NCBI GenBank assembly: GCA_902793915.1
Contig: CADBFJ010000005.1
Location: 1-35,274 of the forward strand
Source: an uncultured Ruminococcus sp.
Lineage (GTDB): Bacteria > Bacillota > Clostridia > Oscillospirales > CAG-272
DNA length: 35,274 nt
Reading direction: 5' to 3'
Of this stretch, positions 12,784-22,370 are shown in pieces; the stretch's first letter is position 1; every line of letters starts with the position of its first letter. Position numbers and translations under genes: made by a program. The notes below the pieces were generated by a model, which did not search any database, was not told where the DNA came from, and was given only the letters and a program-made list of their open reading frames with translations.

Positions 12784-13331
12784 TTCGATTCGATCATGAA
12801 AAAGTAGGGAGAGGTGGGAGAGTTGACCAGTTTCACTTTGGTGGCGCAGATCTTCCAGCGTGGCAGCGTGGAAAGGTACTCCTCAATGAGTTTGCCTTCG
12901 GCATCGCCTTCCTCGTGTCCCGGATAGACCGCGACATTGAGAATGGCATCTTTATCGAGCAGGTCGATCGCGTCCTTGATGGCAGGCATCGTCGTCTCGC
13001 GCATGGTGGTAATCGACTTATCGCCGTGCGGGAGCCAGCCGAGGTTAAACATCCCGGCTTTGATCGGTCCCTCGACGTACTGCTTGACCCTGTGATGCGA
13101 GTCCTCAATGAGGGTATAGTTGTTCGGGCAGCCTTCTGCGACAAGGCGCGCGGAAGTCGAGGCAAGCGCCTGTGCCTGAATATCAAAGGCAAAAACACGC
13201 CCGCTCTCCCCAACAGCCTTGGAGAGGAAAACCGTGTCGTATCCGTTGCCCATGGTGAAATCGACGACCGTGTCGCCCGGGCGAATATGCTTTAAGATAA
13301 AGAACTTGTGCAGTTCGAGAAGATCGATCAT
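12780..13331 (-). CDS. mnmM: class I SAM-dependent methyltransferase, YtqB/MnmM-like
   Basis: VVDFTMGNGYDTVFLSKAVGESGRVFAFDIQ and FNLGWLPHGDKSITT closely parallel B. subtilis YtqB as I recall it. Confidence 0.7.
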   Translation of the reverse strand: MIDLLELHKFFILKHIRPGDTVVDFTMGNGYDTVFLSKAVGESGRVFAFDIQAQALASTSARLVAEGCPNNYTLIEDSHHRVKQYVEGPIKAGMFNLGWLPHGDKSITTMRETTMPAIKDAIDLLDKDAILNVAVYPGHEEGDAEGKLIEEYLSTLPRWKICATKVKLVNSPTSPYFFMIESK

Positions 13332-13349
13332 AGTCTGCCTCGATTAAGA

Positions 13350-14036
13350 TTATTTATGTAGATCCGAGCGAAGAAATTTGAATGCCCGCTCAACCGCGTC
13401 TTTGGAATCGTACCAGGGTTCTTCCTCGTAGCGATAATCAAACTTTTTGCAGAACCAACTGACGTCGTTTTGCAGTTTTTTAAGATACGCGTCCTCGATT
13501 TTAGCAAGGGTGTCGGCAAATTCAAAGAGGTCGCGCTTGCCGAGCCGTTTTTGCCCATAAGCAAGGAGCTTTTTATAGTGCGGCAGGCAGAAAAAGGGCT
13601 GTTTTTTAAGGCTCTCCCGAAACTCCTCTTCCTTTGCCCAAAGGTAAACGGCGGTGTCGGTCATATGCTCAAAATTTTCCTCGACCCGGCGGCAAACATA
13701 GCAGGTGGATTCGAGCTTTTCAATGCGTTTTTTGGGGCGGTTTCCCTGCGCGTCGCTTTTGAGATCTTTTTCCAGTTCGGCAAGGTGGCTCTCGAGTGTG
13801 AGCGCCATGCCCAGGCGGTTTTTGCGGACGAACATCCTATCGTAATGCGTGCGGCAAAAGCCCTCTTCATTGGTTTTGATGCGAATATCGGGTTCCATCA
13901 TCGAGGCGCCGAGAATGAGGTCAAGTTCGTCCTCTTCAAGTTTTTGATAAAGGCGGCAGAGCGGACAGCCGAGCGCGTGATCGGCGGCACAGGCATCAAA
14001 CGCCTCGTGCACCGGAATGGTAAAGTTCATACCCAT
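13350..14036 (-). CDS. conserved Cys-containing hypothetical protein (DUF6062-like, from memory)
   Basis: CPLC...C..H and C.VC motifs. ATG 14036 has SD GGAGGG; the ORF-track start at 14081 is an upstream alternative. Confidence 0.5.
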   Translation of the reverse strand: MGMNFTIPVHEAFDACAADHALGCPLCRLYQKLEEDELDLILGASMMEPDIRIKTNEEGFCRTHYDRMFVRKNRLGMALTLESHLAELEKDLKSDAQGNRPKKRIEKLESTCYVCRRVEENFEHMTDTAVYLWAKEEEFRESLKKQPFFCLPHYKKLLAYGQKRLGKRDLFEFADTLAKIEDAYLKKLQNDVSWFCKKFDYRYEEEPWYDSKDAVERAFKFLRSDLHK

Positions 14037-14142
14037 TATTTCGCCCTCCCCTCTTGTTTTTCGCCTGAAAGAATGGTACAATCAGTATAGCATACAAATC
14101 GACTTCTTGCAAGGGACTTTTCATAAAAAAGTGAGGGCTTCC

Positions 14143-14793
14143 ATGAAATACAGCGCCATTCTCTTCGATCTTGACGGCACGATTCACGACTCGCGCGAGA
14201 GCATTTTTTCGTCGCTTCGCCACGCCTACAGGACGCTCGGTCTTGAAGTCCCCGGCGATGACTTCCTCAACCGCTATCTCGGTCCGCCGCTCCTCGACGG
14301 CTTTATGGAGAACGCGCAGCTTGACGAAAAGCACGCTGCCGAGGCCTGCCGCATCTTCCGCGCCTACTATCGCGCGGGCGCGATGTACGAGTGCAGCACT
14401 TACGACGGGATGATTGACCTACTCAAGCACTTGAAACAGGCAAAAATCCCCGCGGCGATCGCTTCCTGTAAGCTTGATCCCTTTGTCAAAGCGATTGCAG
14501 AAAAAAAGGGATATAACCCCTATTTTGCGGTAACCGTCGGTGCGAGCGAGGACGGGCGCGTCTCCACCAAGGCAGAGGTCATCGGGCAGGCGCTCGCAGA
14601 ACTTGGACTGGCGCCCGAAAACGTCCTTATGGTAGGAGACAGAAGAGACGACATCCTCGGCGCAAAAGAGGTAGGACTTGCCTCCGCAGGCGCCCTCTGG
14701 GGATTTTCGCTCCCCGGGGAACTGAAAGAAGCCGGCGCCGACTTTTTGTTCGAGACGCCAAAGGCGTTGGAGGCGTTTTTGTTTATGAAATAA
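14143..14793 (+). CDS. HAD-IA family hydrolase (phosphoglycolate phosphatase-like)
   Basis: ILFDLDGTIHDS (the DxDGT motif) and VGDRRDDILGA. ATG 14143 follows SD GTGAGGG. Confidence 0.8.
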   Translation: MKYSAILFDLDGTIHDSRESIFSSLRHAYRTLGLEVPGDDFLNRYLGPPLLDGFMENAQLDEKHAAEACRIFRAYYRAGAMYECSTYDGMIDLLKHLKQAKIPAAIASCKLDPFVKAIAEKKGYNPYFAVTVGASEDGRVSTKAEVIGQALAELGLAPENVLMVGDRRDDILGAKEVGLASAGALWGFSLPGELKEAGADFLFETPKALEAFLFMK

Positions 14794-14798
14794 GAAAT

Positions 14799-14834
14799 GC
14801 GGAGAGAACTTTTTGGAAAAAAAGTTCTCTCCGC
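14799..14834. terminator. bidirectional terminator hairpin GCGGAGAGAACTTTTT / AAAAAGTTCTCTCCGC
   Basis: Long perfect stem between convergent genes. Confidence 0.7.
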
Positions 14835-14963
14835 ACCTCTTTCAAAAACCTTTATCAGATTTTTTTGACGCACGCCTGGAAGAAAACAAAATGATTTGAT
14901 AAAGTTTTTCAAGGGGGTGCGGGGGTGCGCTTTTTTCAAAAAGGCACCCCCGCATCTTCTTTT

Positions 14964-15278
14964 TTACAAATAATTCTCCTCCGATGTTTCCTCGTCGATT
15001 TCGACGGCGGGGCGTTCCTCGGGACAAAGATCCCACGCGCCGCCCATCTGGAGTGCATCTTCCTCTTTGACAAGGTCGGTGGAAGAGAGTGTCCGAAAGG
15101 CTTTGATGCGGGGTTCTGCGGCAAGGGCGGCTCCGAGGAGCATCCCGCCCACGCCGGCAAGCAGAAATCCGAGCGCCGCAGATTCTTCGCGGCGTTTTTT
15201 CACGACGTATTCGGTCAAGGCAACTGCGGAAAGAGCGGCGACCGCGGCTCCCGCGATGGTAAGCGTCTTTTTATCCAT
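14964..15278 (-). CDS. small membrane protein (two predicted TM segments), unknown function
   Basis: Hydrophobic stretches LTIAGAAVAALSAVALTEYVV and LGFLLAGVGGMLLGAALAA, with SD AAAGGAGAA. Confidence 0.55.
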   Translation of the reverse strand: MDKKTLTIAGAAVAALSAVALTEYVVKKRREESAALGFLLAGVGGMLLGAALAAEPRIKAFRTLSSTDLVKEEDALQMGGAWDLCPEERPAVEIDEETSEENYL

Positions 15279-15313
15279 GGAAGTTCTCCTTTTTCCAAAT
15301 CTTCGGTGTTCTG

Positions 15314-16420
15314 TTATTTTGCGATCATCTTGAGGTAGGCGTTGATAAACCCATCGAGGTCGCCGTCCATGACCGCCTGAATGTTGCCGGTCTCATATCC
15401 CGTTCGGGTATCCTTGACGAGCGTGTAGGGCATGAACACGTAGGAACGGATCTGTGCGCCCCACTCGATGTTGGTCTTGTTGCCCTGAATCTCCTCAATG
15501 GTGTCAAGCCGCTCCTTGAGTTTGATCTCCATGAGTTTTGCCTTGAGCATATGGAGCGCGGTCTCCTTGTTCTGGAGCTGGGAGCGCTCGGTCTGGCAAC
15601 CGACCACAATGCCGGTCGGCTTGTGCAGAATGCGGATCGCCGAGTCGGTCTTGTTGATGTGCTGACCGCCGGCACCCGACGAACGGTGCGCGGTGATTTC
15701 CAAATCCTCGTCACGGAGCACAACCTTATCCACGTCCTCAAACTCAGGCATGACTTCGATCGAGGCAAACGAGGTCTGGCGTCTGCCCGCCGCGTCAAAG
15801 GGAGAGACGCGCACCAAGCGATGCACGCCGTTTTCGCTTTTGAGGTAGCCGTAGGCGTTGGGACCCGAGACCAGAATGGTTGCGCTCTTGATGCCGGCGC
15901 CGTCACCGTCGAGCCAATCGGTCAGTTTGACGTCAAAGCCGCTCTTCTCTGCCCAGCGGGTGATCATGCGGTAGAGCATTTGTGCCCAATCCTGCGCCTC
16001 GGTGCCGCCGGCACCCGGGTGGAAGGAAACGATGGCATTGCTCTTGTCGTATTCGCCCGAAAGGAGAACTTCGATTCTTCTGTGCTCCTCTTCGGCGACA
16101 ATCGCGGCAAGCTCGGTCTGCACTTCTTCCACGACCGATTCATCATTTTCCTCAATGCCCATTTCGCAAAGGGCGATGGCGTCCTCCAGACGAGCAACGA
16201 GTTTTTCGTAGCCCGAAACTTTGTCCTGCGCCTGTTTGATGACCTGGAGCTTTTTGCTCGATTCCTCGGCGTTGTTCCAAAAATCGGGCGCCTGCGTCTG
16301 GGCTTCCAGATCGACTAAATTTTCTTTGGTTTCTTCAATTCGTAAAGCAAGACCCAGCTCCACAAGATCTTTGCGGAGCGCGTAAAGTTTTGCTTTTGCT
16401 TCTTCCAATGCGACGATCAA
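15314..16420 (-). CDS. prfB: peptide chain release factor 2, encoded in a single frame
   Basis: RF2 motifs SPFDAAGRRQTSFASIEV and GAGGQHINKTDSAIRI. A TTG start follows AAGGAGGAA, and no internal UGA shift site is seen. Confidence 0.9.
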   Translation of the reverse strand: MIVALEEAKAKLYALRKDLVELGLALRIEETKENLVDLEAQTQAPDFWNNAEESSKKLQVIKQAQDKVSGYEKLVARLEDAIALCEMGIEENDESVVEEVQTELAAIVAEEEHRRIEVLLSGEYDKSNAIVSFHPGAGGTEAQDWAQMLYRMITRWAEKSGFDVKLTDWLDGDGAGIKSATILVSGPNAYGYLKSENGVHRLVRVSPFDAAGRRQTSFASIEVMPEFEDVDKVVLRDEDLEITAHRSSGAGGQHINKTDSAIRILHKPTGIVVGCQTERSQLQNKETALHMLKAKLMEIKLKERLDTIEEIQGNKTNIEWGAQIRSYVFMPYTLVKDTRTGYETGNIQAVMDGDLDGFINAYLKMIAK

Positions 16421-16460
16421 GGTAAAAATTCCTCCTTGTGCTTTGCAGCTTCTACTCTGT

Positions 16461-16490
16461 ATTGTACCACAAAAAGAGGTTGCCTTGCAA
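16461..16490 (-). promoter_or_regulatory. promoter TTGCAA-18-TACAAT (TGg extension) for prfB, overlapping the rlmH terminator hairpin
   Basis: ATTGTA at 16461-16466 and TTGCAA at 16485-16490. Confidence 0.55.
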
Positions 16491-16504
16491 CCCCTTTTTG
16501 CGAA

Positions 16505-16984
16505 TTATTTGTGATATTTCCCACCCCGCAGGATCTGAAAACTGCGGTAGAGAATTTCCAAGAGGAGCACGCGCATCAGTTGGTGGGGAAAGGTCATCTC
16601 CGACACCGAAAGCCGCAGGTCGCAGGCGGCTTTTACGTCGTCCGACAGTCCATGCGAAGAACCGATCACGAGTGCGACTTCCCCGCCCTTTGCAAAAACT
16701 TCGCCGAGTCGCTCTGCAAAGGCGGGCGAGGAAAACTGTTTGCCCTCCACGCAAAGCGCGATCTTGTAGGCTCTTTGCGGCAGTGCGGCAAGGATTTCTT
16801 TCCCTTCTGCCGAGAGAGCCGAGGCGATCTCTTTTTCCGAAGGATCGTCGGGGAGCTTCTGCTCTTTCAGTTGCACTTGGGTAAGACGGCAAAAGGCGGA
16901 AAGCCTTTTTTCATATTCTGCCGCGGCTTCGCGGAGATAGCTCTCTTTGAGTCCTCCGACCGATAGGATCGTCAGCTGGATCAT
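16505..16984 (-). CDS. rlmH: 23S rRNA (pseudouridine1915-N3)-methyltransferase
   Basis: Full-length match to the SPOUT RlmH pattern (VIGSSHGLS..., MTFPHQLMRVLLLEILYRSF). Confidence 0.88.
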   Translation of the reverse strand: MIQLTILSVGGLKESYLREAAAEYEKRLSAFCRLTQVQLKEQKLPDDPSEKEIASALSAEGKEILAALPQRAYKIALCVEGKQFSSPAFAERLGEVFAKGGEVALVIGSSHGLSDDVKAACDLRLSVSEMTFPHQLMRVLLLEILYRSFQILRGGKYHK

Positions 16985-17778
16985 GCGTCAAATTCCTCCT
17001 TCCATTCCACCGGGCGTTCGGGATCGGCGACGAGAACGGTCGCCCGATCGCCCACGGCAGAGAGGCAAGCGCCATACGCCAGTTCCGGGTGGTTGTTCTG
17101 GCGGCTTAAGTGGGCGAGAAAAAGCACTTTCGTGCCCTGTTCGACAAGCTCTGCCGCAAAGTTCGCGCTCTCCTCGTTGGAAAGGTGCCCGTAAAGCGAG
17201 TGGATCCGCCGTTTCAGATAATAGGGGTAGGGACCATCCATAAGCATTTCGGTATCATGATTGCTTTCGAGTACCACGGCGTCGCAACCGAGAAGCCCCT
17301 CTCGCACGTCGTCTGTTACGCGACCGAGGTCGGTGGCATATCCGAACGAAAAGGACTTGCCACCGGGAAGCGGGATCTCAATGCGGTAGCCGACTGAACC
17401 GTGGCTATCGTGGAGTGTCGGAAAAGAGCGGATCACGATGCCGCCCGGAAGCGTTTCCGAAAAGCAGGGCGGTTCGGGATGTAACAGTGGAACGAGCGCT
17501 TCCGCCTCGGCAAAAACATACGCCGAGCGCTCGGGCAGATAGAGAGGCATCGGGTGCTTTCCGAGAAAAACCGGGAGTGCCGTGACGTGGTCGTTGTGCT
17601 CGTGCGTCAACAGGAGTGCCGTAAGGTCTTCGGGGCAAACCCCAACCTCTTTCAGAGCGCTCGTTAGCCGCCTGGCACTCTTGCCGCCGTCGATGAGCAG
17701 GTTCCCCGCGGGAGAGAGCAGAAGAAAAGCATTGCCCGAGGAGCCCGAATAGAGTGAAATCAAACGAATGCAGTCCAT
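16981..17778 (-). CDS. MBL-fold metallo-hydrolase (YycJ/WalJ-like)
   Basis: THEHNDH motif. The stop overlaps the rlmH start (ATGA). Confidence 0.8.
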   Translation of the reverse strand: MDCIRLISLYSGSSGNAFLLLSPAGNLLIDGGKSARRLTSALKEVGVCPEDLTALLLTHEHNDHVTALPVFLGKHPMPLYLPERSAYVFAEAEALVPLLHPEPPCFSETLPGGIVIRSFPTLHDSHGSVGYRIEIPLPGGKSFSFGYATDLGRVTDDVREGLLGCDAVVLESNHDTEMLMDGPYPYYLKRRIHSLYGHLSNEESANFAAELVEQGTKVLFLAHLSRQNNHPELAYGACLSAVGDRATVLVADPERPVEWKEEFDA

Positions 17779-17820
17779 TTTATCCTCAAAAGGCGGGGAG
17801 AAAAGCTCTCCCCGCTCATT

Positions 17821-19119
17821 TCAAATTTTGGTGCAACCCTCTTGACGGATCGAAAGCACCATACAATGCCCTTCCCCGAAGAGGTCGTCCATCGCTTTGC
17901 GGAAAACAGGGATCATGCGCTCGGGGACAAACGCCTGGATCGTCCCGGCAAAGCCGCCGCCGTGCACGCGCCACGCCGCTTCGGTATCCGAGAGGATCGT
18001 GTCCGCAAGGCAGAGCGCAAGAGAAAGCCCCTGCTCTTCCACGTTTTTGGTGGTATAAACATTCTGCAAATAGCAGAAAGAAGAGCGACCAGAAGCAAGA
18101 ACAAGCTGCAAAAAGTCTTGCAAGCGTTTCTCTTTGAGCGCCTTGACCTGCGCCTCGACGCGGCGGTTTTCAGCATAGAAATGCTGTGCGCGTAAGATCG
18201 CTCTATCGCCGACCTTTTTTCGCAGATCGGGCAGTGCGTTCATAAAGTCGCTCTCGGGGACGTCGCGTAGGACGCTTTTGCCGAAGCAATTTGCCACCGC
18301 TTTCATTTCATTGGGGACGGCAGCATAGTCGGGCGTGAGATCGGCATGGTTGCCGCCGGTATTCACAATGCAAAGACGATAGCCCGCCGCCGTAAAATCA
18401 AAGGGGATCCGCTCGATCACGGGAGATGCGGGGTCACAGAAGTCAATCGTCACGATTCCGCCCGCGGCGCAAGCGATTTGATCCATAAGCCCGCAAGGCT
18501 TGCCGAAGTAGAGGTTCTCCGCGCGTTGCGAAAGCTTCGCGATCGTCACGAAATCCACCTTGCCGTCGTTGTAAAAATGGTTCAAGATCGTGCCAACAAG
18601 GTCTTCAAATGCGGCAGAGGACGAAAGTCCAGAGCCTTTCAGCACGTTGGAGGTCGTGTAGGCGTCAAAACCGCCGATCGCAAAGCCCGAGGCGACGAAC
18701 CCCTCCGCCATGCCGGCGATAATGGCTGGCGAATCGCCGAAAAAGGCAGGATCGGGCGACGAAAAGATTGCGGGGTCGACCACGTCCTCGTCGTGCCCCT
18801 CGCTTTTAATGCGAATCACACCGTCCGCGCGAGGCGATGCAACGGCAATCACATCGAGATCGATCGAAGCGGCGATCACCCGCCCATGGTTGTGGTCGGT
18901 ATGGTTCCCCGAAAGCTCACTTCTGCCGGGAACCGAAAACAAGGTCACCTCGCGGTCGTCGCCGTAGCGCGCGGCAAATTCGTCGAGTGCCGTCTTGTAG
19001 CGTTCCTTTTGTGCGGTGGACGCGTCGGCGCCGTAAAGCCCGGCAAGGCGTGTATCGAGGCGCCCTTCGTCGAGCGCCGCTTTCCAGTCATTGACTCTCA
19101 TTTGATCTCTATCTGCCAT
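17821..19119 (-). CDS. galactokinase-family GHMP kinase (long, atypical N-terminal motif)
   Basis: PGRSELSGNHTDHNHG (compare galactokinase GRVNLIGEHTDY) and the GHMP motif GSGLSSSAAFE. Confidence 0.7.
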   Translation of the reverse strand: MADRDQMRVNDWKAALDEGRLDTRLAGLYGADASTAQKERYKTALDEFAARYGDDREVTLFSVPGRSELSGNHTDHNHGRVIAASIDLDVIAVASPRADGVIRIKSEGHDEDVVDPAIFSSPDPAFFGDSPAIIAGMAEGFVASGFAIGGFDAYTTSNVLKGSGLSSSAAFEDLVGTILNHFYNDGKVDFVTIAKLSQRAENLYFGKPCGLMDQIACAAGGIVTIDFCDPASPVIERIPFDFTAAGYRLCIVNTGGNHADLTPDYAAVPNEMKAVANCFGKSVLRDVPESDFMNALPDLRKKVGDRAILRAQHFYAENRRVEAQVKALKEKRLQDFLQLVLASGRSSFCYLQNVYTTKNVEEQGLSLALCLADTILSDTEAAWRVHGGGFAGTIQAFVPERMIPVFRKAMDDLFGEGHCMVLSIRQEGCTKI

Positions 19120-19142
19120 CCTTTCGGAAGTTTTCCTCCCCT

Positions 19143-19171
19143 ATTGTATCATAGGACTTGCCGACTTGCAA
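19143..19171 (-). promoter_or_regulatory. promoter TTGCAA-17-TACAAT upstream of the kinase gene
   Basis: ATTGTA at 19143-19148 and TTGCAA at 19166-19171. Confidence 0.55.
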
Positions 19172-19194
19172 GAGGCAGAGCGAAAAAAGAAAAA

Positions 19195-19220
19195 CGAGCA
19201 AGGCGATTTTGCCTTGCTCG
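19195..19220. terminator. bidirectional terminator CGAGCAAGGC-gatttt-GCCTTGCTCG
   Basis: 10-bp stem flanked by A-rich and T-rich runs, immediately downstream of the DUF1667 gene. Confidence 0.7.
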
Positions 19221-19233
19221 TTTGTTTGTGCTT

Positions 19234-19608
19234 TTATTTTGCCTCGACACTACCGGAGGCAATGAGGTCAACGCCGGTACCGAGGAAGTTCTCCACGATC
19301 ACGTCGCCGCATTCGACCTTGCCCTTGAGGGTGATCTTGCGGATCTCCTCCATGCCCTTAAAGAGAAGCTCTTTCGGGATGGCGGTACGGGTTCTCACAG
19401 GCACAAGCGGCGCCGACGCGCCCTCGACCTTGACCGAGGAGGTCAGGATGCGAAGCGGGTGAATGAACTCGTTTTCGGCATAATTTTTGCCGCGCTTGCA
19501 GGTAAAACCTTCGATCGATTCGATCTCGCCCTTGTCAAGATCGCCTTTGACCGTGATGTTACAGCCCTGGGGGCAGATGATGCAGATGATTTTCTTTTCG
19601 GTCGTCAT
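19234..19608 (-). CDS. DUF1667 domain protein
   Basis: CIICPQGCNITV...FTCKRGKNYAENE is typical of DUF1667 proteins that partner GlpA-like oxidoreductases. Confidence 0.8.
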   Translation of the reverse strand: MTTEKKIICIICPQGCNITVKGDLDKGEIESIEGFTCKRGKNYAENEFIHPLRILTSSVKVEGASAPLVPVRTRTAIPKELLFKGMEEIRKITLKGKVECGDVIVENFLGTGVDLIASGSVEAK

Positions 19609-19624
19609 GATTCAAACGCCTCCT

Positions 19625-20866
19625 TTACTGAATTACCTGAATGGTAACGGCTTCGGCGCCCTCGAGTTGTTCGGGCTTGACTTCGACCTTTTCCATTTCA
19701 CCCGGATTGATCTTGATGAGCTTGCGAGAGGAAAGCTCCTTGTCTTTCGCAAAGACCTTGACGGTCACATTCTTCTGCGGCATAGCGGCGCGGAAGAAGA
19801 GGGTTGCGGGTTCCGCGGGATTGATCCTCTGCGGGCAAATATAACGGACGTTGTTGCCGGGGATCGTCGGAATCTCTTTGCCCGCGGGCAGTTTGCCCTC
19901 GGCATAGAGCGCGGCGTACTTTCCGGCACGCTCGCTTTCTTCCGAGACGTTGTCGGCAAGGTCGTTGACGTGAACGACGTTCCCGCAGGCAAAGACCGAC
20001 GGGATGTTGGTCTGCATGAACTGGTTGACTTCGGGGCCCGAGGTCGTGCGGTTGAGTTTGATGCCCGCCTTTTTGCTCAACTCGTTTTCGGGGATCAGCC
20101 CGCAGGAGAGGAGCAGGGTGTCACATTCGTAAAGTTTTTCGGTTCCCGCGATCGGCTTTTTGGTGGCGGGATCGACTTCTGCGATCACAACGCCTTCCAC
20201 TCTCTTGTTGCCCTTGATCTCAACGATCGTGTGGGAAAGAAGGAGCGGAATGCCGAAGTCTTCGAGACACTGCACGCGGTTACGGGTCAGACCCGCGGTG
20301 TAATCCATGAGCTCTGCGACGGCAAGCACCTTTGCGCCTTCGAGCGTCATGCGGCGCGCCATGATCATACCAATATCGCCCGAGCCGAGGATGACGACCT
20401 TTTTGCCAACCATCATGTTCTGACGGTTGACGAGACGCTGTGCCGCGCCTGCGGTGTAAACGCCGGCGGGACGGGTACCGGGAGTCATGATCGCACCTCT
20501 GGTGCGCTCTCTGCAACCCATGGCAAGAACGATGCTCTTGCCCTGTGCCACGAACAGACCGTCTTTCGAGTTGATGCCGGTAACGGTGTCTTTGCCGACT
20601 TCAAGAACCATGGTGTCGAGCTTGTACTCTACGCCGAGGTCAAGCACTTTTTTGATGTAACGACGAGCATATTCGGGACCGGTCAGCTCCTCGCCAAAGG
20701 TCTTAAGACCAAATCCGGGGTGGATGCACTGTTCGAGAATACCGCCAAGCGTCGAGTCGCGCTCCACGATGAGAACGTCTTTTGCGCCGGCATTCTTGGC
20801 GCCGACAGCCGCGGCAAGACCTGCGGGGCCGCCGCCGACAATGATTACGTCATAAATTTTGCTCAT
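19625..20866 (-). CDS. NAD(P)/FAD-dependent oxidoreductase
   Basis: YDVIIVGGGPAGLAAA and VVILGSGDIGMIMA Rossmann motifs. ATG 20866 follows GGAGGAA. Confidence 0.8.
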   Translation of the reverse strand: MSKIYDVIIVGGGPAGLAAAVGAKNAGAKDVLIVERDSTLGGILEQCIHPGFGLKTFGEELTGPEYARRYIKKVLDLGVEYKLDTMVLEVGKDTVTGINSKDGLFVAQGKSIVLAMGCRERTRGAIMTPGTRPAGVYTAGAAQRLVNRQNMMVGKKVVILGSGDIGMIMARRMTLEGAKVLAVAELMDYTAGLTRNRVQCLEDFGIPLLLSHTIVEIKGNKRVEGVVIAEVDPATKKPIAGTEKLYECDTLLLSCGLIPENELSKKAGIKLNRTTSGPEVNQFMQTNIPSVFACGNVVHVNDLADNVSEESERAGKYAALYAEGKLPAGKEIPTIPGNNVRYICPQRINPAEPATLFFRAAMPQKNVTVKVFAKDKELSSRKLIKINPGEMEKVEVKPEQLEGAEAVTIQVIQ

Positions 20867-20887
20867 GATGTTTTCCTCCATCAATCT

Positions 20888-22327
20888 TTATCTGGCTTTT
20901 TCGACCAGCATCTCGGAACCCGGATCGTTCTTGCGGACTTCCTCGGGGGAAATGCCGAGCTCTCTTGCCAAAATCTCAATCACGCGGGGACCGCAGAAAC
21001 CGCCCTGGCAACGTCCCATCCCTGCGCGCAGACGGCGTTTGACGCCGTCGACCGAGCGGGCGCCGAGCGTACGATGAATCGCGTCGCAAATCTGTCCCTC
21101 TGTGACCGTTTCGCAACGGCAAACAATATTGCCGTAGCGCGGATCCTTCGCAATGAGCGCCGCCCGTTCCTCGGCAGAAAGTTCTGCAAAGCGGGGCGTT
21201 CCTTTGCGGATCGGGTTAAAGTCGGACTTAAACTCCGTCTGAAGACCGTTTTCGAGCATCAGGTCGACCACGTATTTTGCGATCGAGACGGATGCGGTAA
21301 GTCCGGTGGAACGGACACCCGAAAGATTGACATAACCCTTGAGGTCGTCGTAAACGTCAATATTAAGTCCCTCGGGGTTGCGCTGTGCGCGAAGTCCCGC
21401 ATATTGAGTAATGGTATCGCGGAGATTGACGCCCGGGATCATCTTCCGCACGTCGGCGGCGATACTCTCGAGCCCCTCGACGTTGGTGCTCTTGTCCTCT
21501 TTGTCGAGAAGATCCTCGGCGGTGGGACCGACGAGCATATTGCCGTGAATGGTCGGACACATCAGTTTACCCTTGGTAACTTTTGTCGGGATCGGCAAAA
21601 TGATCATGCCGACCTTGCAGGAAGTATTTTTATCAAGAATGTAAAACTGACCTTTTCTTGGGTTGACGTAATAATCGTTTTTGCCGACGAAAGACGCCAC
21701 TTCGTCGCAGTAAAGTCCTGCGGCGTTAATGACATATTTGGTCGCGATGTCGCCAGCCGTTGTGTTCACGGTCGTGACGGCACCTTCCTCGACCTTGATG
21801 CCGGTGCATTTGGTGCCGAGCAGGAACTCGACGCCGTTGTCTGCCGCGTTCTCGGCAAGACCAATGCAAAGGAGGAAAGGATCAATGATGCTCTCGCGCG
21901 GGATGTAAAGGCCGCCCTTGACATCAGGATTCAAGCTCGGCTCCATCGCAAGCAGTTGTTCACCGGTTTTGTACTCAATATCATAGACCCGGTTCATCAT
22001 TGCCTTGTGTTTGAGCGCGGGCAGCTGCGCAAACTGCTCATCGGTAAAGGCAGGCAGGAGCGCGCCGATGCGGGCAAAAGGAACATCAAGGTCTGCCGCG
22101 ATTTTGTCATACATGGGATTTGCAGCAACCACAAGTTGGCTTTCGAGCGTACCGGGCTTTGCGTCGTACCCGGTGTGGATGATGGCACTGTTTGACTTGG
22201 AACTGTCGCCGCCCAAGTCCTCGTTCTTTTCCACAACGATTACTTTGAGCTTGTACTTGGACAATTCACGTGCAAGAGCGCTTCCGACCGCACCCGCACC
22301 TACAATGACAATGTCTGCTTGTTTCAT
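20888..22327 (-). CDS. FAD-dependent oxidoreductase, GlpA/glycerol-3-phosphate dehydrogenase-like, with a BFD-like [2Fe-2S] domain
   Basis: ADIVIVGAGAVGSALA and a C-terminal CRCETVTEGQI...GMGRCQGGFC. ATG 22327 follows GGAGGAG. Confidence 0.8.
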   Translation of the reverse strand: MKQADIVIVGAGAVGSALARELSKYKLKVIVVEKNEDLGGDSSKSNSAIIHTGYDAKPGTLESQLVVAANPMYDKIAADLDVPFARIGALLPAFTDEQFAQLPALKHKAMMNRVYDIEYKTGEQLLAMEPSLNPDVKGGLYIPRESIIDPFLLCIGLAENAADNGVEFLLGTKCTGIKVEEGAVTTVNTTAGDIATKYVINAAGLYCDEVASFVGKNDYYVNPRKGQFYILDKNTSCKVGMIILPIPTKVTKGKLMCPTIHGNMLVGPTAEDLLDKEDKSTNVEGLESIAADVRKMIPGVNLRDTITQYAGLRAQRNPEGLNIDVYDDLKGYVNLSGVRSTGLTASVSIAKYVVDLMLENGLQTEFKSDFNPIRKGTPRFAELSAEERAALIAKDPRYGNIVCRCETVTEGQICDAIHRTLGARSVDGVKRRLRAGMGRCQGGFCGPRVIEILARELGISPEEVRKNDPGSEMLVEKAR

Positions 22328-22370
22328 TTTCAGCTCCTCCATATAATTGTACAATAGAATTTTAGATTCG

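Noticed and set aside
16421-16504. The shared TGgTACAAT extended -10 at the prfB, WYL-gene and 146-aa-gene promoters as evidence of co-regulation.
   Set aside because: The -10 form itself seems to be a common promoter type in this genome, and it also resembles those at 19143 and 33391. Only the GTCCC half-site upstream is specific to the island promoters, so the -10 similarity alone is not used as evidence.
19487-22195. A very long plus-strand ORF (902 aa), together with similar ORFs at 18346-19647, 1924-2793 (-), 2808-3659 (-), 15551-16318 (+), 25271-26404 (+) and 26876-27745 (+).
   Set aside because: These are shadow ORFs antisense to well-supported GC-rich genes. Their products are low-complexity and Arg/Gly/Ala-rich with no motifs, and they begin at alternative start codons.
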